Shown here one piece after another: positions 13,553 through 28,093 of a stretch of 64,000 nucleotides of DNA. The stretch lies in assembly GCF_009914755.1 (NCBI RefSeq), contig NC_060926.1. One strand, written 5' to 3'. Position numbers and translations under genes: made by a program. Under the pieces are notes generated by a model. That model searched no databases. It saw only the letters and a program-made list of their open reading frames with translations, and was not told where the DNA came from. Every line of letters begins with the position of its first letter. The first letter of the stretch is position 1. The stretch is from the human T2T-CHM13v2.0 reference genome, Homo sapiens.

Positions 13553-13845
13553 TTTTTATTTATTTATTTTTGAGACAGGGTAGAGGGTAGAGTGCAGTTG
13601 CATGATCATAGCTCACTGCATTCTCAACCTCCTGGGCTCAAGCAATTCTCCTTGCCTCAGCCTCCTGAATAGCTAGGACTACAGGTATGGGCCACTGTGC
13701 CTGGCTAATTTTTAAATTTTTTTTTGTAGAGACATGGTCTCACTGTATCGCCCAGGCTGGTAATGAACACTTGGCCTCAAGTAATCCTCCTGCACTGGCT
13801 TCCTAAAGTGCTGGGATTACAGCTGTGAACCACAGCGCCTGGGCT
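13553..13845 (-). mobile_element. Alu (AluJ-like)
   Basis: Reverse Alu consensus. Confidence 0.9.
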
Positions 13846-14929
13846 GAATATATTATTTTTAGATGTTTACACATTAGGAAAAATAATTTCCACTATAAAG
13901 CATACAATGTATGGTACTGTCTTTCTAAGAATCGACAATAAGGAATGTTCCATTTATCACTACACAGACTATTGCTTTTTCTTCTTTCTTTTTTTTTCTT
14001 CTGAGACATCAGTTTCAGCAGATGCCCTTTGCCAGATGCTCCTGGCACTCTGAACTTGTTATCATCTGATTTGAGGAAGAGCTGCAGGGCTTTAAACAAT
14101 ATATGTATTTATTGGCATTATTCTCTTTGTTCTCTACTTACATAAGGCTCCTCAGTACTTTCTTCTTTCTCAGTAATCTTGGAAACCTTTCATAGGAAGG
14201 GAAAAGAAAATAGGATCTTTATTCTCTGTACTTCTTGGTGGAAGCGAGGGAGAATATATGATGGAATTGATGAATGGAAACAATAAAACTAAAGGACTTT
14301 AGCCCAGTCACTCTGCTACTATACTAATGAAAAATTTAATTGTGTTTAATAAACACCTAACATTGTGCTAGATGCTGAGAATACACAGGTGATTCAGACA
14401 TTTTAACAGTTCAGTGTACCTGCCCTCAGACAGCACAGAGTTTAGTAGGTTGGGTAGATGGGTATCAAAACAACTATAATAAAAAGCTAGAAAATATAAC
14501 TGTTAGACAGAGGTGAAAGTGAAATGCTTTAGCAAGAAGAGAGAAGTTCTGACAAGAACAGATAGGCTTTCAGAGAGAAAGTGGCGTGTGGTTGGGGCCA
14601 CAAGGGATCTTACTTTAGCCGACTGAGAATCAGAATTTAAGACTTGTTACTCCAAGACTGTTGGTGGTTACCGCATATGAAGGAAATTGGAAAGGACAGG
14701 GTGTATTCTGAGAACACCGGTGTGGCTCCAACTGCCAGAGGCAATCCACTTGAGGGTTCTTTCTTGCCTTTACAAAACAAAATGTAAAAACACAGAGGAT
14801 AAAAATAATCAAACCAAACCAAAGTTAAAAGAATAACAATACGATACGGGACAGGCCAGGTTCTTTCTGTTCCAGAACCCACGTGTCAAAGAAGAGGCCA
14901 TATGTATCTCTACAACATGAATGTTGCTA

Positions 14930-15600
14930 TCCATTCATCAAATATTTAATGAACCCCATTGTGTGCTGGGCATTGGGATAAATGCTGTGGACAAAGCAGT
15001 GAACAAGACAGCCATAGCGTCTGAGTTCACAAAGTTTATATTCTGACTAGGGACACAGTGTTTAAACAGCAACTAATTACATAACTACAACTGTAATAGG
15101 CAGTGTAAAGAAGTGAAGATGCTAGGGGAACAGCTAACAGTCTGGAGTATTAGGAATTCTTCTTTGAAGAAGTCACATTTGAACTGAGTGCTAAAGGAAG
15201 AGTGAGGGCAGGAGCTGGAGTTAGGGGTTGAGGGCAGGGGAAGAGTGTTCAGGGTAGCACCACCAGTGTGGGTGGCCAATGAAGAGTGAGAAAGCTAAGC
15301 AGGTGGGTGAAAGCCTCTTTGTGCATGGCCTTGTAGGCCCCATTCATGATTTGGGTCATTACCCTCACACACCAGGAAGCAACATAGTTTTGAAAGGTCA
15401 GTTTGAGTGCAAAATGGAGAAAGGATCAAAGAGAGAAAAGAATAGATGGCAAAGACCAGTCAGAAGGCTACTGGGACCTGCCTAGAATCCAGGCAAAAAA
15501 ATGAGGGTGACTTGTATTAGGGTGGAGACAATGGGGATAGAGAGAGTAAGGAAGAAAGTTTGGGAGGAGGAGGGCAAGAGCTGAAGAGAAAGTCTGGCTT
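14930..15600 (-). mobile_element. L2 LINE fragment abutting the minisatellite
   Basis: L2 3'-end signature (cattcatcaaatatttaatga...gtgctgggcattggga) and downstream L2 body. Confidence 0.65.
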
Positions 15601-16059
15601 GACAGATCAGCTGGGTGGTGTGTGTGTGAGTGTGTGCATGTGCGTGTGAGACAAGATCAGCTGGGATGGTATGTTTGTGTGTTTACAAGATCAGCTGGGA
15701 TGGAGTGTGTGAGTGCAAGTGTGTGAGACAAGATCAGTTGGGGTGGTGTGTGTGTGAGACAAGATCAGGTGAGGTGGTGGGTATGTGTGTTTGTGGGTAT
15801 GTGTGTGGGTGCGTGTGTGACACAAGATCAGCTGGGGTGGTGTGTGTGTGTGTGAGAGAGAGACAAGATCAGTTGTGGTTGTGTGTGTGTGTGTGTGTGC
15901 GACAAGATCAGCTGGGGTGGTGTGTGTGTGTGAGAGAGAGACAAGGACAAGATCACCTGGGGTGGTTGTGTGTGTGTGTGTGTGTGTGTGTGAGTGAGAC
16001 GAGATCAGCTGCAGTGGTGTGTGTGTGTGACACAAGATCAGCTGGGGTGGTATGCATGT

Positions 16060-16107
<48 letters not shown>

Positions 16108-18010
16108 CAAGACCAGCTGGGGTGGTGTGTGTGTATAACAAGATCGGTTGGGGTGGTGTATGTGTGTGTCTGTGTGACAAGATCAGCTGCGGTGGTGTGT
16201 GTGTGTGAGACAAGATCAGCTGGTGTGGTGTGTGTGTGTGTGAGACAAGATCAACTGGGGTGGTGTGTGTGTTTGTGACAAGATCAGCTGGGGTGGTGTG
16301 TGTGTGAGACAAGATCAGCTGGGGTGGTGTGTGTGTGTGTGTGTGAGACAAGATCAGCTAGGGTGGTGTGTGTGTGTGAGACAAGACCAGCTGGGGTGGT
16401 GTGTGTGTATAACAAGATCAGCTGGGGTTGTGTGTGTGTGTGACAAGATCAGCTGGTGTGGGGGGTGTGTGTGTGTGAGACAAGATCAGCTGGGGTGGTG
16501 TGTGTGTATAACAAGATCAGCTGGGGTTGTGTGTGTGTGTGACAAGATCAGCTGGTGTGGGGTGTGTGTGTGTGTGAGACAAGATCAGCTGGGGTGGTGT
16601 GTGTGTGTGTGACAACATCAGCTGGGGTGGTGTGTGTGTGAGACAAGATCAGCTGGGGTGGTGTGTATGTGTGTGACAAAATCAGCTGGGGTGGTGTGTG
16701 TGTGTGAGACAAGACCAGCTGGGGTGGTGTGTGTGTATAACAAGATCAGCTGGGGTTGTGTGCGTGTGTGACAAGATCAGCTGGTGTGGGGTGGGGTGTG
16801 TGTGACAAGATCAGCTGGGGTGGTGTGTGTGTGTGAGACAAGATCAGCTGGGGTGGTGTGTGTGTGAGACAAGATCAGCTGGGGTTGTGTGTGTGTGTGT
16901 GTGTGACAAGATCAGCTGGTGTGGGGTGTGTGTGTGTGAGACAAGATCAGCTGGGGTGGTGTGTGTGTGTGTGAGAAGATCAGCTGGGGTGGTGTGTGTG
17001 TGTGAGACAAGATCAGCTGGGGTGGTGTGTCTGTGTGAGACAAGATCAGCTGGGGTGGTGTGTGTGTATAACAAGATCAGCTGGGGTTGTGTGTGTGTGT
17101 GACAATATCAGCTGCGGTTGTGTGTGTGTGAGACAAGATCAGCTGAGGTGGTGTGTCTGTGTGTGTGTGAGAGAGAGAGAGACAAGATCAGCTGGAGTGG
17201 TTTGTGTGTGTGTGTGTGTGAGACAAGATCAGCTGTGGTGTGTGTGTGTGTGTGTGAGATTGAGAGAGAGAGAGAGACAAGATCAGCTGGGGTGGTGTGT
17301 ATGACAAGATGAGCTGGGGTGGTGTATGTGTGTGAGAGAGAGAGACAAGATGAGCTAGGGTGGTGTGTGTGTGTGAGAGAGACACAAGATGAGCTAGGGT
17401 GGTGTGTGTTTGACAAGATCAGCTGGGGTGGTGTGTGTGTGTGTGTTTGACAAGATCAGCTGGGGTGGTGTGTCTGTATAACAAGATCAGCTGGGGTTGT
17501 GTGTGTGTGTGTGTGTGAGACAATATCAGCTGCGGTTGTGTGTGTGTGTGAGACAAGATCAGCTGGGGTGGTGTGTGTGTGTGAGAGAGAGAGACAGAGA
17601 GACAAGATCAGCTGGAGTGGTGTGTGTGTGTATGTGTGTGAGACAAGATCAGCTGTGGTGTGTGTGTGTGTGAGATTGAGAGAGAGAGAGAGAGACAAGA
17701 TCAGCTGGGGTGGTGTGTATGACAAGATGAGCTGGGGTGGTGTGTGTGTGTGAGAGAGAGAGAGACAAGATGAGCTAGGGTGGTGTGTGTGTGTGAGAGA
17801 GACACACAAGATGAGCTAGGGTGGTGTGTGTTTGACAAGATCAGCTGGGGTGGTGTGTGTGTGTGTGTTTGACAAGATCAGCTGGGGTGGTGTGTGTGTG
17901 TGTGTGACAAGGTCAGCTGGGGTGGTGTGTGTGTGACAAGATCAGCTGGGGTGGTGTGTGTGTGTGTGAGTGTGACAACATCAGCTGGGGTGGTGTGTGG
18001 GTGTGTGTGT
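15601..18010. repeat. Compound minisatellite/VNTR: about 65 units of GACAAGATCAGCTGGGGTG plus variable (GT)n/(GA)n
   Basis: Direct count of core copies; mean period about 37 bp. Confidence 0.97.
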
Positions 18011-18342
18011 CTGTTCCATAGCAGTGAGAGGAATCAGAGTATCTCTAAGCAGGGACCAGATTTTAGACTAACAAATCTGCACCACTTTTAGTTATATTCT
18101 CTTTTCCATTACACTAGAATCCCCACAGTCTCGAACCAAGCCCAAAGTCAGACCAGAACGTCAAGAATCAGTCATCTTTTCTTAATCCCCATATACTGAA
18201 ACTGTGCAAGATTTGGCTTGTGGGGTCACACCCTAAGCATTCCTCAATTCTTTCCCAGAACCTTGTGCAAAACTTTAAACAGAGGGAACAGACAAGGATA
18301 CCAGGAAGACAAAAAAGAAAAGAGGAAACCTGTAATCAGCTA

Positions 18343-18765
<423 letters not shown>

Positions 18766-19978
18766 TTAGAGAGAATCTTAGCTGCAACTATGTTTGAGGC
18801 CCTTATCTGCTGGAGGAACAACAACTTAGTAGTGCTAAGGCTTGGACATTGTAGTTACTTAGTAAATATTTGTTGAAGTGAAGCATAATAAAGGTTCTGA
18901 GGGTTATATACACTCAGTGAAAATTATTTCGAGTCCCCAACTTCTATCATTTCATTACAAAAAGGAGAAGGAAACAGGGAGCAGATAGGGTTTGGCTGCT
19001 GTTGTGGAAACAGGAACTTCATGTCATATGAAGTAAGCTCTGGGACAGGAATTTTAGTAATAACGGGTTGACGCTTGGCAAGTCTGCACCTTTGTTTTCT
19101 CACTTAAAGTGAGGAGATTGTATAAGATGGAGATTTTCTAAGTGCAACTTTTGGTCTAATATAGTATGGAAAGCAAGGTCCAAAAGCTTATACTGTATAG
19201 ATTTGAGTGGGAAAAAAAGCAAGCAAGCCATTTACTGAAGGCAACAGGAGCCTTCTCTGCTACATTTCAAAGAATCTTATTCAACTGAGACAGGATCCAA
19301 ATGTGGATTCCTTTCTCTGGGCTCCCGACTAGGAATTGATTGCCACCACCTGTTTTTGTTCATACTATCATCTGTTATTGTCTAAAACAAATATTCTCCC
19401 TTCACTACAGTCCTCAGTTTCTCAACAACTTTCCTAACAATTCAGGAAACCAAGCACTCTTGCCAAGGACGTGGGTTCATGTAAGTTTCTTCAACCACAG
19501 CCGCCTAGGATCCTTCCCCAGGGCAGCCAAGTCTCAGGCTTCTTTTCCAGACACCTCAGTTTTCTATAACAAGGGGAATTTTTTCTTTAACCATAGAAAT
19601 AAATATACCTTTATAACTTAATTTTTTTTCCTATAGGTTACTGGGGTACAGGTGTTATTTGGTTACATGAGTAAGTTCTTTAGTGGTGATTTGTGAGATT
19701 TTGGTGCACCCATCACCTGAGCAGTATACGCTGCACCCTGTTTGTAGTCTTTTATCCCTTGCCCCCTCCCACCCTTCCCCCCAAGTCCCCTAAAGCCCAT
19801 TGTATCATTCTTAAGCCTTTGCGTCCTCATAGCTTAGCTTCCACATATCAGTGAGAACACAGGATGTTTGGTTTTCCATTCCTGAGTTACTTCACTTAGA
19901 ATAATAGTCTTCAGTCTCATCCAGGTCATTGCAAATGCCATTAATTCATTCCTTTTTATGGCTGAGCAGTATTCCATC

Positions 19979-20496
<518 letters not shown>

Positions 20497-21480
20497 TATA
20501 TCACAGTTTCTTTATGCACTCGTTGATTCATGGGCATTTGGGTTGGCTCCACGATTTTGCAACTGCAAATTGTGTTGCTATAAACATGCATGTCCATGTT
20601 CTTTTTCGAATAATGACTTGTTTTCCTCTGGGTAGATACCCAGTAGTGGGATTGCTGGATCAAATTTTAGTTCTACTTTTAGCTCTTTAAGGAATCTCCA
20701 CACTGTTTTCCATACAGGATGTACTAGTTTACATTCCCACCAGCAGTGTAGGAGTGTTCCCTGATCACTGCATCCACACCAACATTTACTGTTTTTTGAT
20801 TTTTTGATTATCACCATTCTTGTAAGGTGGTATTGCATTGTGGTTTTGATTTGCATTTCCCCGATCATTAGTGATGTTGAGTATTTTTTCATATGTTTGT
20901 TCACCGTTTGTATATCTTCTTTTGAGAATTGTCTATTCATATCCTTAGCGCACTTTTTGATGGGATTGTTTGTTTTTCCTTACTGATTTGTTTGAGTTCA
21001 TTGTAGATTCTGGATATTAGTCCTTTGTCAGATGTATACATTGTGGAGATTTTCTCCCACTCTGTGGGTTGTCTATTTACTCTGCTGACTGTTCCTTTTG
21101 CTGTGCAAAAGCTCTTTAGTTTAATTAAGTCCCAACTATTTATCTTTGATTTTATTGCATTTGCTTTTGGGTTCTTGGTCATGAAATCCTTGTCTAAGCC
21201 AATGTCTAGAGGGTTTTTCCAATGTTATCTTCTAGAATTTTTACAGTTTCAGGTCCTAGATTTAAGTCCTTAATCCATCTTGAGTTGACTTTTGTATAAG
21301 GTGAGAGATGAGGTTCCACTTTTATTCTCCTACATGTGGCTAGCCAATTATCACAGCACCATTTGTTGAAAAGGGTGTCCTTTCCCCACTTTATGTTTTT
21401 CTTTGCTCTGTCAAAGATCAGTTGCCCGTAAGTATTTGAGTTTATTTCTGTATTGTGTTCCATTGGTCTATGAAAAAAAA

Positions 21481-21773
21481 TTTTTTTGATATATTGTCTT
21501 ACTCTGTCAGGCTGGAGTGCAGTGGTGCAATCTTGGCTCACTGCAGCCCTGACCTGTCAGGCGCAGGTGATCCTCCCACCTCAGCCTCCTGAGTAGCTGG
21601 GACCACAGGCATGTGCCATGAAGGCTGGCTAATTTTTTTTTTTTTTTTTTTTTGTAGAGACAGGGTTTCATCATGTTGCCCAGGCTGGTCTCAAACTGCT
21701 GTACTCAAGCGATCCATCCATCTCGGTCTCCCAAAGTGCTGGGATTACAGGTGTTAGCCACCATGTCCAGCCC
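21481..21773 (-). mobile_element. Alu (AluJ-like)
   Basis: Reverse Alu consensus. Confidence 0.9.
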
Positions 21774-22625
21774 ATAACTTTTAATGATTCTATTGTCTCC
21801 ACATAGCAATGAAGGTAGGTATGAGGAGGCTGGCCAGGGATCTTCTGCATATCTGCTCTTGCAAATGGTGGCCTCTGCAGCTAGTGGAGCTCACCAGGAT
21901 TTGGGCTAGGAGTAATAGTTAACCAAGGCCCTGGAAATCACAACCATTCCAAAAGGGGCATGGACAATGGTTGGACTCCCTTAGTGTTTCAAACGGGGCA
22001 GAAATTAAGGGTCAATGGTAACATCTCATCATAAACTTCTTTATTTGAAACACTGATGGGAAGCTTTCTTTCATCTTTTCTGCTTTTTCTTTCCTTTTCT
22101 TTCTTTTTTTTTTTCTTAATAGAAACATATCAGAAAAGTCAGCAAGCATAATCCCAAGGAAGGATTTCTGACAAAGAGCCTTTAGATAAAAACATATTTA
22201 TCAAAAAACAAATTTTTCAGTCAAGGGCCTTTAGACACTGTATCATTTTCTTTCCTTATAACAGATATTCAGACTACTTCTTGGAAGGGCCCCAAATGCC
22301 TTGCCTAAGAACAATGGACAAAAGTCGCAGTCTCCTAATTCCATTAGTCAGAAAACATTGTGGTTTCAGAAGTTTTTGCTTATAGGGCATTTTGTAGCGG
22401 TATCCTGGACAGGGGTTGACATGGAAACCTGTGTTTCTCCAATAGGGTTTCCATGGCAATTCTATAGATTTTCTCATTTGTTAATAGCAATAGCCTTGGT
22501 CTTGATAACTAATATAATAGACCTGAGATTAAAAAGGTGAATCACTCTACTTGGATGGGGTTCCCTTGTCAGGGTCAGAATAATATATTTGGCAACCAAC
22601 CAGCCTCTGCACAGAATCATCTAGA

Positions 22626-22826
22626 ACTGTGTTAACTAATATGATGTCCATTATCCACATATAGCTATTTAGATTTAAATTAATTAAAGCTAATAAAAAT
22701 TAAAAATTCAGTTTCTGACTTTCAAGTGCCATTTTTCTAGTGCACATGGGGCTAGTGGTTACCCACTAGACAGCACAGTTATAGGACATTTCTATCATCA
22801 TAGAAGTTCTGCTGGACAGCATTGAT
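22626..22826. mobile_element. MER3-like hAT MITE
   Basis: ctatttagatttaaattaattaaa...aaaattcagtttc...ggacagca. Confidence 0.7.
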
Positions 22827-22919
22827 GTAGAAGAATCATTTATCTGTAAATGTATCACTCATTCAATTAGTAATTCATTTAAATTGAGATACCTTCCTTA
22901 AATTTTTTCAGTCTCACTA

Positions 22920-23250
<331 letters not shown>

Positions 23251-23572
23251 AGCAAACAATCCCAGCACCCAATCCTTAAAAGGATTCTTGGCTATTACAT
23301 TTCATTCAGGGCTTGTAGTAACTGGGGGTAGTGTTTTTGTAACTTGTTAAAAACTATGTTCAAATGTAGCTCCAAGTAGAGGGAGGAAGAGGTCCTTATT
23401 AGTGGAGTTTGGGGAAAGGCCCATATTAAAGACATAATCCTCATTGTTCCAGAATTTGAAAATACTCTTGGACAAAGGTTCCCCATATCTCGTATGAATT
23501 TAGGGAACCTAAGAAAGTCCTCTGTCTTACTCCCTAAATACATCTTCTCCACCTACTCATCGTGAAACATAA

Positions 23573-23815
23573 AATTCTCACATATAAGTGGGAGCTAAGT
23601 AGTGTGTGTACACATGAACTTAGAGTGTGGAATAGACAATGGAGACTCAGAAGGGTGGGAGGGGAGGGGAAGAAGGATGAGAAATTACGTAATGGGTACA
23701 TTGTAACATTATTCCAGTGAGGGTTCCACTAAAAGTCCAGACCTCCCCAGGAGGTAGTGTATCCATGTTAGCAAAACTTCACTTGTACCCCTTAAATTTA
23801 TACAAATAATTTTAA
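23573..23815 (+). mobile_element. L1PB3/4-type 3' end fragment
   Basis: ataagtgggagctaag...cacttgtaccccttaaattta. Confidence 0.75.
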
Positions 23816-25549
23816 AATAATTTTATATAAATGGAAAACAATTCCCTCAATAGGGAGAAAAAACTTTTATTAGAAAATTAGATATAAAACTTTAACATAA
23901 ATATCCTTGGGAGAAACACTTAGATATTTAGAAACACTTATGTATTTACTAAGCTGTAAATATCTACCACTTACCAATAGGTTTTCACAGACGGAAGAGA
24001 AAGTTCAAAGTTGCTGACTTTCTGGATTGAAATAGAACTGATTGGGGAGAGAAGGATCAAAAGGAGAAAGATTTGCAGTAAGGGTAGATTTTTACTGCCC
24101 AACTTTGCCAAAGCTTAGCCTTTGGTATTTAGGGACTATAAAGTGACAATTGGATTGACAGAACAACCATCTCTGGTTTCCATTTGCTTTGAAATTGGGG
24201 TCCCCCCAGACCCTGAACAAATTCACTAATTACTCTCAGCATGAGAATGATCAACACTGGTCTAGGCATTTGACTTTTGGTGACAATAAATTACAGAATT
24301 TCAGAGTCTGAGGAACTTTGGTAGCATTTTGTCCACTTCATTAGGCCAAGAATTTGAAAATTATCTTCTTCTAAACTTCAGGGTCTATTTCAGGGATATC
24401 ATAAAATTTTACCTAAATTTTCATTTCTAAATTGCAAAACCTACTAGATTAGATTAGAAGCTTCCTGCCCATCATCCTTAGTCTCCAGCAAAGGGCAAAA
24501 TACCTTATAATGTTTGTGCATCTGCTGAGCTGCAGTCTCCTATTTTAGAGATAAAGAAAATGAATCCTAGAAAAGGAAAATGTTTTTCCCAAGGTCATGG
24601 AGTGAAGTAACAGTAAGACAGTACTAGGACCAAGTCTTCTGTGTGTTCTTTCCACAGCACTGTGCTGATTTCTCACAACTGTTTTCTTTCTTCGAATACT
24701 TAGTTGTGGAGGCTGGTACAGCTTCCCACAGTTCAGTTGGGTGCAATTACTGTTTCTGTCTCTTTTATTTTAGTGTTTTTAATTCATTTACTGTCTAGCA
24801 GTGCTGAAAGCATCAAATGGGAGTACTTTCTTGTCCTAGGCAAAGATAGTGTAGCATTAAAGAAAAATTACTAGGAAGAAATACAGCAAAATATTATCAG
24901 CATATCTCTTGGGTAGTAGAATTACAATATAAATTCAGATCATATATTTAAATAATTTTAAAAGTAAAATTTTTTTTAAATTTTAAATTTTTTAATTTTA
25001 AAATTTAAAAATTTTAAAAAATGGTTAATTTTACTAATAATATAAATATTTTATTTTCTTTTTAATCTTTTTGTATGCCCATTTTTTTCTAAAATGATCA
25101 TTAATTTTAAATATTTTATTAATATTTTTCTCATGAATTGCTTTATAATCAGAAAAGAACATTCTACGTAATATATGTATGATATAATATTACAATATAT
25201 ATATGATCTCCTTCTCCTATTTGTATTGTTTGAAAGGATCCTAACTTCATTTACATAGAGCGAAGCAGTGGGCTCCCATTAAAAAGGGTGAAGGATACTT
25301 TAATTATCTTACAGATATTTGGACAGTCAAGGAGGGCATTTATTTGTGCCACTCCTTTTCCCGTATTTTCAGCTGAAAGAGCAGACTATTGTCTGAAATG
25401 ATTGCTGGCTTTGCAGCTGAAACCAGCTCAGTCCCCCTTTTATTCTCAGGCTCTCTGTCTTTTGGCTCCCTGAAAATGTGCAGCCTTTTTTCATTCTCGC
25501 CAACGTACTGATTTCCATACATATCATACACATATATATTTTTTTAAAT

Positions 25550-25839
<290 letters not shown>

Positions 25840-26014
25840 TAAACTATTAATCGTAGGGGTAGATTTTGTATTTCACTTAGCAGGTAAAATGTTATTGAGT
25901 TAATTTCCTTAACATTGCACCTCACCCTTCTAAAACACATAAAAAGGAGTATAATCCTAGGCTTTTGTATGCTAGAAATAAAAATAAATTAAAAATGATC
26001 CTCAGAAACTATTG

Positions 26015-26015
<1 letters not shown>

Positions 26016-26046
<31 letters not shown>
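26016..26046. repeat. (TG)n microsatellite
   Basis: Direct observation. Confidence 0.95.
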
Positions 26047-26047
<1 letters not shown>

Positions 26048-26393
26048 AGAGAGATACAGAGAAAAGACAGGATGGCTTTACTCTTCTGTGGGTCAGCCTA
26101 GATATGTTTTAAGGTGTTTAAGGTGTTTTTCTGCATTCATTAAAAAAATTCTAATGAAATTCCATAAAATTTAAATTCTGTCTCTTTCAAAAGACAGAAA
26201 ATATAGAAAATTTGAATCTCTCAATTATCATCTCATGTATTTATGTTTCTTTCCCCTTTCAGCTTCCTTCTCCTTTTCTGAACCCCAACCACCCTCACCA
26301 TACCAGTTCCCTGATGCTACTAATCAAAATAAAAAATCTGAAAACAGCATCTGTTTTGCTACTTTTCAGCTATGCCCAGATATTAACCATTAA

Positions 26394-26526
26394 CCTATTT
26401 ATGCTGGAGGTTGCAATTTTTTTGTGTGTGTGAAAAATCAGAACTTGGCGATGATCTTGAGCAGTAGGATATAAATAACTCCCACAAGCTTAGCATTCCA
26501 ATAATGGAACACTAGGCATACATATT
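26394..26526 (+). mobile_element. MER85 (PGBD3-derived piggyBac MITE)
   Basis: TTAA (26390-26393) followed by CCTATTTATGCTGGAGGTTGCAA...CAGAACTTGGCGATGATCTTGAGCAGTAGGATATAAATAACTCCCAC...GGAACACTAGGCATA; internal palindrome 26495-26510. Confidence 0.88.
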
Positions 26527-27019
26527 AGGAGTCTAAGAAGCTGTGCCAATTTGCTACTGACATTTTTCTACTTAATAGTGTAGGTAATATATATTGTAAA
26601 AACATACACATTTTACCCAAGGGACTTAGTAAAATAAAGCTATTTCATTTGGGTTTTAAAAAAATGCAGCCAAACATATTTTCTGCCAAAGCTGTCTCTC
26701 ATGCAAAACCTTGGCTCACCAAGCCAGATATGTCCTTCCTCGTTACATTTCTTTTTTTTGCCATAAAAACTGCTTTCTTCAGTTTCTTATTCTCCGGGGC
26801 CATGTGTGAAGGTCAGAACCTATCCAAGACATAATGGAGTAGACTATCCAGTTCAGCTAATGATTTCAATGTTTTTTTATGGAAAAATACCTTCTGGAAC
26901 CCCATGTTAGTAACTCAAATAAAGGAGGTGTCAGGACAAAGGCAGCCAGTGAAGGAGGCCCTTCCTTTCTTGTTTTCCCTTTTTCTTGCTCCCCTTTGCC
27001 TCTTGCTCTCCATCTACAA

Positions 27020-27314
27020 TTTTTTTTTTTTTTTGAAAAAGGGTCTGACTCTGTCACCCAGGCTGGAGTGCAGTGGCATGATCATGGCTCACTGAAGCTT
27101 TGATCTCCCAGGCTCAGGTGATCCTCCTACCTCAGCCTCCCAGGTAGCTAGGATCACAGGTGTGCCCCACCACACCTGGCTAATTTTATTTTTTGTACAG
27201 ACGAGCTCTTACTATGTTGCTCAAGCTGCTCTTTAACTCCTCAGCTCAAGCAATCCACTTGCCTTGGCCTCCCAAAGTGCTAGGATTACAGGTGTAAGCC
27301 ATTGCACCTAGCCT
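27020..27314 (-). mobile_element. Alu (AluJ-like)
   Basis: Reverse Alu consensus. Confidence 0.9.
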
Positions 27315-27678
27315 GAGTTCTTTTAGACAGTGTTGAAATTGTATCACTGTATCCTTATTTCATTATGATGAGTGGTATTGATAAATAAGGTCTAGGTTCA
27401 CGTGTAGGTGCAAATGTAGATAAAGGATGTGGCACCTAACTATCAATTCTTTATACACTTAGCAGATATGTTTGAGGTGCCTTTTGCCTGGTCTTACTTC
27501 CAGGGGTTAATTCCTAACGTATTCTTTGGTTGCCTTCTCATTGAATTTTAGCTGTAAGCCTAGGATTTAACTAGACACAAAGATACACAGTGTTTAGAAT
27601 TTACTACAAAACAGTACGTGAATTTTCTTTTACAAAACTGTTACTTTTGGGTTTCTTTACATTTAAAATAGATTTTGG

Positions 27679-28093
<415 letters not shown>

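Noticed and set aside
15601-18010. Repeat-spacer layout resembling a CRISPR array; long Cys/Val or His/Thr ORFs
   Set aside because: Spacers are only (GT)n/(GA)n, there are no cas genes, and the context is mammalian; the ORFs are a by-product of stop-poor repeat sequence.
24955-25025. Quasi-palindromic A/T tract
   Set aside because: Low-complexity sequence; symmetry is expected by chance.
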